Source: a virus. Taken from it: a DNA stretch of 41,412 bases. Positions 26,052 to 33,377 of this stretch are shown one piece after another. The DNA is taken from the IMG/VR virus record IMGVR_UViG_3300010429_000418, positions 1-41,412 of that record; one strand, given 5' to 3'. The translations under genes were made by a program, and so were the position numbers. A model generated the notes under the pieces. That model did not search any database. It was not told where the DNA came from and saw only the letters and a program-made list of their open reading frames with translations. Numbering within the stretch: position 1 is the stretch's first letter; each line of letters starts with the position of its first letter.

Positions 26052-26079
26052 TTGACAATGGTGGTGGTGGTGGTATAAT
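26052..26079 (+). promoter_or_regulatory. Rightward consensus sigma70 promoter with extended -10
   Basis: TTGACA (26052-57), a 16-nt spacer, then TGgTATAAT (TATAAT at 26074-79). Both hexamers are perfect consensus. Confidence 0.7.
26059..26073. repeat. (TGG)5 microsatellite forming the promoter spacer
   Basis: tggtggtggtggtgg read directly between the -35 and -10 hexamers. Confidence 0.9.
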
Positions 26080-26151
26080 TAGGTCAAAGATAAGGAGGAT
26101 ATAACTGCTTATGAAAATCCAACAAAATCGCTATAATTCAATTAAAAACAC

Positions 26152-26180
26152 TTGCATTTTATTATTAAATAATATATAAT
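26152..26180 (+). promoter_or_regulatory. Second rightward sigma70-like promoter
   Basis: TTGCAT (26152-57), a 17-nt AT-rich spacer, then TATAAT (26175-80), 15 nt upstream of the ATG at 26195 with AAGGAG in between. Confidence 0.5.
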
Positions 26181-26194
26181 TAAGGAGTAATACT

Positions 26195-26347
26195 ATGAAA
26201 ATCACAAAAGTTACAAAAGAGTATTACGAAGTAGATGGGGAAAAGATTTACTTCTTTGAACCATTAGAGAAAGTTATCTCTATAAAGGATTTACAGAAAA
26301 TCTTAAATGCTTCTAAAGAAATTGTTAATAAACTAAAGGGAAAATAA
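26195..26347 (+). CDS. Hypothetical small protein (50 aa) preceding the C5 methyltransferase
   Basis: Not in the ORF track. AAGGAG RBS 7 nt upstream. MKITKVTKEYYEVDGEKIYFFEPLEKVISIKDLQKILNASKEIVNKLKGK. Its stop lies 2 nt before the next ATG. Confidence 0.5.
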   Translation: MKITKVTKEYYEVDGEKIYFFEPLEKVISIKDLQKILNASKEIVNKLKGK

Positions 26348-26349
26348 TT

Positions 26350-27276
26350 ATGAAAGTTTTGTCTTTGTTTGATGGAATATCTTGTGCAAGGGTTGCCCTT
26401 GAAAGAGCAGGGTTTGCTGTTGAATTATATTACGCAAGCGAGATAGATAGATATGCTAAACAAATATCAATTAAAAACTACCCAGATGTTTTGCAAATTG
26501 GAGATGTAAAAGAAATTCAATCTCACCTGATTACAGGAATAGACCTTTTAATTGGTGGAAGCCCTTGTCAGGATTTATCTATCGCAAAAAGAGACAGAAA
26601 AGGACTTGATGGCGAACGAAGTGGTTTGTTTTGGGAATATGTCAGAATACTCAAAGAAGTAAAACCGAAGTGGTTTATTTTGGAAAATGTCGCCTCAATG
26701 TCCAAAAATAATAGAGATATTATTTCAAAAACATTAGGGATTGAGCCGATAATGATTGATGCCTCTTTAGTGTCTGCACAAACTCGTAAACGATATTTTT
26801 GGACGAATATACCAAATGTTGAACTTCCTCAAGATAGGAATATTAGGTTAAAAGATATTTTGTTGCCTGATACATATACAGAATATGACAAATCATATCC
26901 GCTAACGGCTTCCTACAATGGTGCGGTATTGTGGAATAGTATAGACAAAAATCAAAGAACAATGGTTTGGAACAAGCCTATAAAAGTTGGACACTTCAAA
27001 AGTGGCGGTCAAGGTCAAAGAGTATATTCTATAGACGGAAAATCAGTAACGCTTTCTGCTCATGGTGGCGGTTGGGGGGCAAAGACGGGATTATATTTGA
27101 TAAAAGATTATGCTCGGAAATTAGAGCCGATTGAGTGTGAGAGATTACAGGGATTGCCAGATGACTATACGGCTGGTATTTCAAAAAATAAACGAAGAAA
27201 AGTATTGGGCAATGCTTTTAATGTAGATGTAATTGCTCATATTCTAAACGGAATAAAGAAATATGAAAATCTATAA
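26350..27276 (+). CDS. DNA (cytosine-5)-methyltransferase
   Basis: Motif I LSLFDGIS, motif IV GGSPCQDLS, motif VI ENV (FILENVASM), motif VIII QTRKRYF and motif X GNAFNVDV appear in canonical order. Confidence 0.9.
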   Translation: MKVLSLFDGISCARVALERAGFAVELYYASEIDRYAKQISIKNYPDVLQIGDVKEIQSHLITGIDLLIGGSPCQDLSIAKRDRKGLDGERSGLFWEYVRILKEVKPKWFILENVASMSKNNRDIISKTLGIEPIMIDASLVSAQTRKRYFWTNIPNVELPQDRNIRLKDILLPDTYTEYDKSYPLTASYNGAVLWNSIDKNQRTMVWNKPIKVGHFKSGGQGQRVYSIDGKSVTLSAHGGGWGAKTGLYLIKDYARKLEPIECERLQGLPDDYTAGISKNKRRKVLGNAFNVDVIAHILNGIKKYENL

Positions 27277-27880
27277 AATCACAGAGGCAAGCGAATATCT
27301 TGGCATAAGTATAAATTCATTAAAAACTTTAGCGAATAATGGTAAAATAAATTCTTTTAAGACAGATGGAAAACACAGGCGTTTCAGAGAAGATGACCTT
27401 GACGCTTATATGGGAGTCAAGAAAGAAAAGCAAGAACGGTTAACCGTAATTTACGCCAGATGTTCTACCGCCAAACAAAAAGAAAACCTTGAAAGACAGA
27501 AAGACAGATTGAGAAAACACGCCGAAGAAAAAGGGTATAAGTATTTGATGATAGATGAAATAGCAAGCGGAATAAACGAAAAACGCAAAGGAATACACAA
27601 GCTGATTAAGATGTGTTTTGAGGGAAAAGTTGAACGGATTTTGATTGAATATAAAGACAGACTTGCCCGATTTGGTTACGAGTATCTTGATGCCATTTTC
27701 AAAAATCTCGAAATTACGGTTGAGGTTGTTGAGACAAAAGAAAAGAAATATGAAGAAGAATTAGCAGAGGATATTATGAAAATTCTTACCTGTTATTCCG
27801 CTCGTTTTTATGGAAGGCGTGGCGGTAGAAAGAAGAAAAATACGGCTGAGAATGAGCCTATCGAATCTAATGGAATTTAA
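27263..27880 (+). CDS. IS607-type small serine recombinase (N-terminal MerR-like HTH plus resolvase catalytic domain)
   Basis: HTH region ITEASEYLGISINSLKTLANNGKI, then VIYARCSTAKQKENLERQKDRL (catalytic Ser region), SGINEKRKG, KDRLARFGYEYL and a C-terminal ...YSARFYGRRG. This domain order is the IS607 TnpA arrangement, not the Hin/Gin type. It overlaps the methyltransferase 3' end by 14 nt. Confidence 0.8.
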   Translation: MKIYKITEASEYLGISINSLKTLANNGKINSFKTDGKHRRFREDDLDAYMGVKKEKQERLTVIYARCSTAKQKENLERQKDRLRKHAEEKGYKYLMIDEIASGINEKRKGIHKLIKMCFEGKVERILIEYKDRLARFGYEYLDAIFKNLEITVEVVETKEKKYEEELAEDIMKILTCYSARFYGRRGGRKKKNTAENEPIESNGI

Positions 27881-27893
27881 AAAGGAGGATAAT

Positions 27894-28031
27894 ATGCCGT
27901 ATATTAAATGTCCGCATTGTGGTTATGAATGGGATTCAAGAATTAAAAAACCCAAGAAGTGCCCGAGATGTGCGAGAAGATTAGACTGGCCTCTAAAAGC
28001 AAAACAGGATAAATCCATTGGACAACTTTGA
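27894..28031 (+). CDS. Zinc-ribbon micro-protein (45 aa)
   Basis: AAGGAGG RBS 6 nt upstream of ATG 27894. CPHCGYEW...KCPRCARRL forms a CxxC...CxxC knuckle pair. Confidence 0.55.
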   Translation: MPYIKCPHCGYEWDSRIKKPKKCPRCARRLDWPLKAKQDKSIGQL

Positions 28032-28185
28032 CAAGTATTACATTCCGCACTCCAAGAGGGAGACGCTTGCCTACTTGGTAAGGCGGTATCCTAACGGGCA
28101 TTTCAGCGAGATGAAGGCGAAACAGTTATTGGCGATTTATATGAGGACACGGGAGAAGGACGAAAGGGAAATGGTGGGAAGATGA
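28018..28185 (+). CDS. Hypothetical small protein (55 aa, TTG start), or the 3' remnant of a disrupted gene
   Basis: Not in the ORF track. The open frame LDNFDKYYIPHSKRETLAYLVRRYPNGHFSEMKAKQLLAIYMRTREKDEREMVGR ends in an ATGA overlap with the next gene. AGGA lies 8 nt upstream of the TTG. Confidence 0.35.
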   Translation: MDNFDKYYIPHSKRETLAYLVRRYPNGHFSEMKAKQLLAIYMRTREKDEREMVGR

Positions 28186-28739
28186 AAGACTGGAAAGAAT
28201 ATAATGACGCAGAAAATTATCTCAAAGAAGCCTATGCTAAGGCTTATGAAATGGACGAGGCGAAACGGACGAGTCAGGTAGTCGGGGTTGCGTTGATATT
28301 TGTTTTTCTCGTCGCTATCTTTGCCGCAGTTATGGTGATCATTTTTTATCCTGCACCGGCACAAGCGGCGGAGTTGGTTGATATGCGGATTATCCAGCAT
28401 ATTGAGAGCAGAGGAAATGCAAAGGCTGTTTCTCCGGTTGGCGCTCGCGGCTTATACCAGATAATGCCGTGCGTCTTAAAAGAGTATAACCAATACCACA
28501 AGGTCAAATATTCCTGGGGGCAGATGTTTGACCCGCAGAAAAACACGCAAGTTGCTTACTGGTATCTTAATGTCCGTATCCCCGCATTGCTTAATTACTA
28601 CAAATTACCAATATCTACCAATTCGGTAATTAGGGCATACAACGCCGGGATTAGGTCAGTAGTAAAAGGATATACTCCAAGGGAGACAAGAATTTATTTG
28701 ACTAAGTATAACCGCATAAAGGAGGCGCGCCGTGGGTAA
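28182..28739 (+). CDS. Membrane-anchored lytic transglycosylase (SLT domain); endolysin or entry/assembly muralytic enzyme
   Basis: TM VVGVALIFVFLVAIFAAVMVIIFY, then IESRGNAKAVSPVGARGLYQIMP, the E-S...GxxGLxQxM SLT catalytic signature. Confidence 0.8.
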   Translation: MKDWKEYNDAENYLKEAYAKAYEMDEAKRTSQVVGVALIFVFLVAIFAAVMVIIFYPAPAQAAELVDMRIIQHIESRGNAKAVSPVGARGLYQIMPCVLKEYNQYHKVKYSWGQMFDPQKNTQVAYWYLNVRIPALLNYYKLPISTNSVIRAYNAGIRSVVKGYTPRETRIYLTKYNRIKEARRG

Positions 28740-29163
28740 GCTGAAGATTACATCTGGGAAGTGGAAAGTCTCAGATTGTATAGAATACCAGGTGAGCGTA
28801 GTTTCTCCGTGGAGTAGTTTAGTTAAACCTGGCTGTATTTCTCCTTTTGGAGACTATCGCGGCGCACAAATATGTATAGCAGAGTATAACTGCGGCGTGC
28901 CAACCAAAAAACAAGCGATTGCTAATGCACGATTCATTGCCGAAGCCGGAACCGTCGCCAACGAAACCGGACTTATGCCGCGGAAGATGAAGAATCAGAG
29001 AGATAGGTTATTGGAGGCGTGCAAACAATTCAATGAAGCAATCAAAAAAATGCGTTCAAGCAATATTGACGAACATTTACAAGGTATAGATTTGCTCTAT
29101 CAAATAGTTCAACCCAAAATTCAACAAGCCATCGCCAAAGCGGAGGGAAAGGAAAGTAGATGA
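28732..29163 (+). CDS. Hypothetical phage protein (143 aa)
   Basis: GTG start with AAGGAGG 6 nt upstream. It contains the ANARFIAEAG segment common in uncharacterised phage proteins (recollection only). Confidence 0.55.
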   Translation: MGKLKITSGKWKVSDCIEYQVSVVSPWSSLVKPGCISPFGDYRGAQICIAEYNCGVPTKKQAIANARFIAEAGTVANETGLMPRKMKNQRDRLLEACKQFNEAIKKMRSSNIDEHLQGIDLLYQIVQPKIQQAIAKAEGKESR

Positions 29164-29284
29164 ACATCAAAATATTCATAATAGACCTATTTTTAGGAGT
29201 ATACATTTTATGTTTTCTATTTGTGCCTACATTTCATCCAAAACCTTGGTGGTGCGTATTAACAGCCATTCTAAAGGAGCCATA

Positions 29285-29485
29285 ATGTTCAACAAGATAT
29301 TTGAAAGCATAGCCCAGTTCTCAAAGTCAGCAAGTGAAACAATGTCAGCACTCACAAATTCAGTATCTACGCTTACCAACATAGTAGAAGCACAGGATAA
29401 GAGAATTAGGGAATTGGAAGAGAATGTAAGGGCACTTGATGAAGCAATCACGTCAGTGAGGGATAAAGCCAATGAGAACCTATAA
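29285..29485 (+). CDS. Small coiled-coil protein (66 aa)
   Basis: Start trimmed to MFNKIFES (AAAGGAG RBS). Helical region AQDKRIRELEENVRALDEAITSV. Confidence 0.5.
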   Translation: MFNKIFESIAQFSKSASETMSALTNSVSTLTNIVEAQDKRIRELEENVRALDEAITSVRDKANENL

Positions 29486-29759
29486 AGGCGACCACACGTT
29501 GCAAATGACCTTCGGAGGCAAGGCGATTGAGGTTGAAGTGGAGATAACGCAAGACGAATGGACAGATGACGGTCAGAACGGAGCAGGAACGGGTAGGCTT
29601 ACGTATAGCAGGGAGTATGATATACTTTCCATAAGGGATAGAGAGGGCAACTTGCTATGGCATAAGGGCAATGGAAAGCCACAGGTAGGCAGTATAAGCC
29701 CCGAATTGAGGAAGGCGATAGAGGATGAGGCGGATAAAGTGGAGGTGTTGTATGAATAG
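29472..29759 (+). CDS. Hypothetical protein (95 aa)
   Basis: ORF track; overlaps its neighbours at both ends. Confidence 0.5.
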   Translation: MRTYKGDHTLQMTFGGKAIEVEVEITQDEWTDDGQNGAGTGRLTYSREYDILSIRDREGNLLWHKGNGKPQVGSISPELRKAIEDEADKVEVLYE

Positions 29760-30132
29760 ACAGCAGAAGTTGCTGATGGTAGCAGGAATTGCTTACTTTG
29801 TGATACTGATGTCGGTGCTGTTTAATGGGTGTGGGGCGGAGGAAGTAGATATTGATAGGTTGGCAGATGCCATATATAAAGCAGAGAACAGCAAGGCATA
29901 CCCTTATGGCATAAAATCTGTCAATACTTTTGGCAATGAGATTGTCGCAAGGAAGATTTGCATAAACACAATAAAGAATAACATTAAGAGGTTCCATAGG
30001 CAGACGAAGTATACTGATTATATCACATTTCTTGGCAGTAGATATTGTCCACCTACGGCACATAGATTGAATAGGCGCTGGGTTGCTAATGTTAAGCACT
30101 GGTATCATAAACTTGGAAAGGGAAAGGAGTAG
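29752..30132 (+). CDS. Putative lipoprotein (126 aa)
   Basis: Start trimmed to MNRQQKLLMVAGIAYFVILMSVLFNGC|GAEE, a signal with the lipobox-like LFNGC (the same N-G-C ending as in 121..459). Confidence 0.5.
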   Translation: MNRQQKLLMVAGIAYFVILMSVLFNGCGAEEVDIDRLADAIYKAENSKAYPYGIKSVNTFGNEIVARKICINTIKNNIKRFHRQTKYTDYITFLGSRYCPPTAHRLNRRWVANVKHWYHKLGKGKE

Positions 30133-30136
30133 AAAA

Positions 30137-30334
30137 ATGATTGAGGTAAAAATATCCACTTATAAGCCCTGTGATATTGAAAATCCAAAGTTTGATGAAG
30201 CAACAAGGGTTCACGATTGGAGAAATCACATTTCTGATGATTTCAAAAAAATATGGAAGGAACTTCCATTAGTTGCAAGGTTCGCTCTTGTAATAATGGC
30301 AGAAGAAGAGGCAGATAGAGAGGAGTGGGATTAA
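30137..30334 (+). CDS. Hypothetical small acidic protein (65 aa)
   Basis: Start trimmed to MIEVKIST with an AAAGGAG RBS. Confidence 0.5.
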   Translation: MIEVKISTYKPCDIENPKFDEATRVHDWRNHISDDFKKIWKELPLVARFALVIMAEEEADREEWD

Positions 30335-30526
30335 ATGAATACCAAATCAATGTCCATCACCGACCTATTCAGAGCAAGAGATAGCATACAGCAGTTGAAG
30401 GATATAGGGTTAGAGTGCGAGCATACAAGGCAATGGGCGACAGAGGTGCAAGCAGAGATTAACAGGCGGTCTGGGGTGGATGAGTATGACTATAAGACAG
30501 AGGCAGATATGAAAGGAGAGGATTAA
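30335..30526 (+). CDS. Hypothetical small protein (63 aa)
   Basis: ORF track; tightly packed, same strand. Confidence 0.5.
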   Translation: MNTKSMSITDLFRARDSIQQLKDIGLECEHTRQWATEVQAEINRRSGVDEYDYKTEADMKGED

Positions 30527-30527
30527 G

Positions 30528-30722
30528 ATGATTATATCAGGGGCAATAACAATAACTACAAAAGACGTAGGAATAACCGAGGATAAAAGGATACATTTGT
30601 ATCTCGGCGAGGTATCGCTTAATATGACGGCAGAAGAAGCACAGAAGATTGTCGGGTTGCTCAATGGGGTGATACAGGAAATTGACTTAATAGAAAAGGA
30701 GAACAATGATGCGCTCAAATAA
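30528..30722 (+). CDS. Hypothetical small protein (64 aa)
   Basis: ORF track; tightly packed, same strand. Confidence 0.5.
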   Translation: MIISGAITITTKDVGITEDKRIHLYLGEVSLNMTAEEAQKIVGLLNGVIQEIDLIEKENNDALK

Positions 30723-31038
30723 AGGGATAGACTTAAGACACTTTCCTGTGCAGTTGACCAAGTATCTTGGGGAGGACGAGATATTGCCGTTCATTGAGCC
30801 GTTCAGGGCAGAGAATAGGTTTGCCTATGGTAGAACTTATGTGGTCAAGAGCAAGATGGTTAAGTGGCAGGGCAAGATGGTCAAGAGGTATGCGATACAT
30901 ATACCAGAGAGAAGGCAGAACCCAAGAGAAGAGATTAGAATACCCAAGATGGATATGGGGGATTTGATTATGAAGGGAATAGCGAGGAAGAAGGAGGGAA
31001 TCAGCATACTCAAGACAATAAGTTTAGTATTGTTCTAA
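30706..31038 (+). CDS. Hypothetical basic protein (110 aa)
   Basis: ORF track; last gene before the internal promoter. Confidence 0.5.
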   Translation: MMRSNKGIDLRHFPVQLTKYLGEDEILPFIEPFRAENRFAYGRTYVVKSKMVKWQGKMVKRYAIHIPERRQNPREEIRIPKMDMGDLIMKGIARKKEGISILKTISLVLF

Positions 31039-31073
31039 AGGTTTCTCCGATAGAGAGCATATGCATTGCCCTC

Positions 31074-31102
31074 TTGACAAACAACATTTCATAGTGTATC
31101 AT
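31074..31102 (+). promoter_or_regulatory. Rightward promoter (TTGACA-17-TATCAT), copy 2 of the conserved phage promoter motif
   Basis: ctcTTGACAaacaacatttcatagtgTATCATtaactc in the only sizeable gap of this arm, 20 nt upstream of the nuclease gene. Confidence 0.6.
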
Positions 31103-31121
31103 TAACTCATACTCACAGCAC

Positions 31122-32015
31122 TTGCTAAATGGAAAGGGGGAGACCTTGCCGTTAGTTATTGATAATAGTCAGTTGTCTTGTTTTCAGTCCTGCCCGATGA
31201 AATATTACCTTACCTATGTATTAAACCTGCGTAAAAGAAAAGTTGACCTATCCGAAATAGATAAAGAGTTCGGACAAAGAGTCCATTCCTGCCTTGATTG
31301 CTACTACAGGGGAGAGGCACTTGACTATGACAAGTTATGGCAAGGATTTGAGGACTTGCCAGAAGAGGTAGAAGTAGAGAAGACAAGGGCTAATGGCATA
31401 CGGCTTATGGAAGAATATGTCAAGGAATATCAAGCAAGGGATAAGCAGAGCATAGAGGTTCTTGGGGTTGAGGAGATATACAAGTATCCTATCAGTGAGG
31501 ATATAATATGGTTAGTTAAAATAGATACGGCTATAAGGCAGAATGATAATGTGTATTCGCTTGAGCATAAGACAACGAAGGCATTAAGATATGATTACTT
31601 TTACCAGTTTAGTCCTAATCAGCAGATAACAGGACAGGTATTTGCCCTTAATCAGGAGTTTAGGCAATGCTCTGGTGTAATAATTGATGCTATGGAAGTT
31701 GGGTTTAGGAAGAGAGCATATAAGGGTGAGCCAGCAGGATTTCATTGTAAGTTCCAGAGGGAAATAATCAATAGGAATAAGGAACAAATAGAGGATTTTA
31801 AGCAGAATGTGATTAAGTCAGTTAGAAGGTTAGAAAGGACGAAAGCAGATGGATTATGGGAGAAAAACGAGGGAGCGTGCCATTCTTACAGAGGTTGCCA
31901 GTTTAAGGAAATATGCTTGACATCGATAGGGTTGAAGTTGGATGAGGAAATTAAAGAGGTGTTGTATGAGGTAAGAGATAACAAGGAATATCTAAAAGGA
32001 AAGGAAGGTGAGTGA
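31122..32015 (+). CDS. PD-(D/E)XK exonuclease with a Cas4/AddB-type four-Cys cluster
   Basis: N-terminal Cys (SCFQSCPMKYY), catalytic IDTAI...LEHKT (D...ExK) and C-terminal CHSYRGCQFKEIC. Confidence 0.7.
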   Translation: MLNGKGETLPLVIDNSQLSCFQSCPMKYYLTYVLNLRKRKVDLSEIDKEFGQRVHSCLDCYYRGEALDYDKLWQGFEDLPEEVEVEKTRANGIRLMEEYVKEYQARDKQSIEVLGVEEIYKYPISEDIIWLVKIDTAIRQNDNVYSLEHKTTKALRYDYFYQFSPNQQITGQVFALNQEFRQCSGVIIDAMEVGFRKRAYKGEPAGFHCKFQREIINRNKEQIEDFKQNVIKSVRRLERTKADGLWEKNEGACHSYRGCQFKEICLTSIGLKLDEEIKEVLYEVRDNKEYLKGKEGE

Positions 32016-32781
32016 GGTGTTTACGTTAGAACAGATTAAGAAAGGCGACAGAAAAGTTAATATCAAGGGTTGTCTTGTTGGGACGTATGGTTCAGGGAAA
32101 ACTTATGCCGCATCCACGTTCCCTAAGGCTTATTTTGCCTTCACGTCAATAGGAGAAGAGAACACTATTGTCAACAATAAGGAGTTGCATAAGAACATAG
32201 TCGGATGGGATTTCTTTGTTCCTGAAAGTCCTACTGATACCAAGAGAGTATTTGAGGAATTGGATAAGAAGTGCATTGAGGCAAAGGAGATGGCAAAGAA
32301 AGGAGAGATAGAGACCTTTGTCCTTGATAATCTGACTTATCTTGCAGAGAACAGGTGGTTGTATATCAGCCAGTATGAGAAGTTAGTGTCGAGGTCTGGG
32401 GAGGTTGATACGAGGGGTATGTATGGTAATCTGGGTAGGTGGTTGTATGAGTTCGTGTATACCAAAGTGGTATCGATACCCTGTAATGTAATTATATGTA
32501 TACACGAGGACTTGGAGTCAGACGAAGCAATGATGAAGAAGGTAGATAAGACATTACCCATAGTGCCTGCTATATTGGGAGGGTTTAGGGATAAGATAGG
32601 GGGGATGGTAGACTTTGTGTTGTATCTGACTAAAGTCGAGAAGCAAGGCAAGTATGAGTATTGGGCAAGGACTAACTTAGGAAATGGAAGGAATGCCAAG
32701 TCGAGGTTTAACCTACCTACTGTATTGCAGAACTTTAACTATGAGACGTTAAGGAGTAGTATAGAGAGTTCACTTAAGTAA
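32008..32781 (+). CDS. Sak4-like RecA-fold ATPase (AAA_24)
   Basis: Walker A GTYGSGKT, Walker B FVLDNLT. Size and position next to the nuclease are typical of Sak4-type recombination modules. Confidence 0.65.
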   Translation: MSEVFTLEQIKKGDRKVNIKGCLVGTYGSGKTYAASTFPKAYFAFTSIGEENTIVNNKELHKNIVGWDFFVPESPTDTKRVFEELDKKCIEAKEMAKKGEIETFVLDNLTYLAENRWLYISQYEKLVSRSGEVDTRGMYGNLGRWLYEFVYTKVVSIPCNVIICIHEDLESDEAMMKKVDKTLPIVPAILGGFRDKIGGMVDFVLYLTKVEKQGKYEYWARTNLGNGRNAKSRFNLPTVLQNFNYETLRSSIESSLK

Positions 32782-32798
32782 ACAAAGGAGGAAGGAAG

Positions 32799-33377
32799 AT
32801 GGATGAGGTAAAGGAGAAGTTGGAAAGGGCAGGGTTTAACGTGATGGACGAGGTAGAGATAGGAGACCTTTCTGATGTCAGGGAAGAGAAAGGTGTGTTG
32901 CCACCGGCGAAGGCAGTCAAGTTGGCAATAAGGAAAGCAACTAATCAGCAGAATGACAAGGGGACATTTAGGCAGTTAAATATGTCAATGGAGTTAGTGG
33001 ATGGTATCGAGGTATCGGGAGAAGTTAAATTCAAGGGCAAGGTAATATGGGCAAGGATACCTTACTATGCCGACTCCATCGCATACAACTCAGATTACTT
33101 TAAGAAGAAACAGCACCTTGTAGAGTTCAAGAAGTTGGCATTGGCTTTAGGCAAGGACATAACAGCTATTAAGGTCAATGATGACTTTCTGGCAGAGTTG
33201 ACAGGTAAAGTGATTACGGCTGATATATGGCAGAAGACAGAGAAGTATGTGATAAGGTCAGGAAAGAGGATTACGGTAAATAAGAAGAGTCCTGCCAATG
33301 AGGGTGAGGAGGTATACTCTGAACCTGTCAATGAGGTAAGCAACTTTAAGGCAGTATCAACAGAAGGACAGGTTTAA
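32799..33377 (+). CDS. Hypothetical protein; its position suggests a DUF669-like ssDNA-binding partner of Sak4
   Basis: Strong RBS AAAGGAGGAAGGAAG. The functional call is positional only. Confidence 0.35.
   Translation: MDEVKEKLERAGFNVMDEVEIGDLSDVREEKGVLPPAKAVKLAIRKATNQQNDKGTFRQLNMSMELVDGIEVSGEVKFKGKVIWARIPYYADSIAYNSDYFKKKQHLVEFKKLALALGKDITAIKVNDDFLAELTGKVITADIWQKTEKYVIRSGKRITVNKKSPANEGEEVYSEPVNEVSNFKAVSTEGQV

Noticed and set aside
26111-26183. 24-codon mini-ORF (MKIQQNRYNSIKNTCILLLNNIYN) behind the strong AAGGAGG after the consensus promoter
   Set aside because: The RBS-to-ATG spacing is long (12 nt), the peptide has no recognisable features, and it overlaps the second promoter. It is mentioned under the promoter finding as a possible leader peptide but not called as a gene.
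29599-30718. Minus-strand ORFs 29599..30159 (186 aa) and 30410..30718 (102 aa) in the early region; similar cases at 38123..38431, 38487..38843 and 39131..39610
   Set aside because: All are antisense to tightly packed plus-strand genes that have good RBSs and coupled junctions. Their translations are Cys/Pro/Leu/Ile-rich low-complexity strings, and no minus-strand promoter context exists within this arm.
25928-31105. Invertible 5-kb segment bounded by the two inverted promoter copies and acted on by the serine recombinase
   Set aside because: The shared identity is only 11 + 14 nt and coincides with promoter elements, which explains its conservation. IS607-type recombinases are not known invertases. 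Nothing in a single assembled sequence can show inversion.
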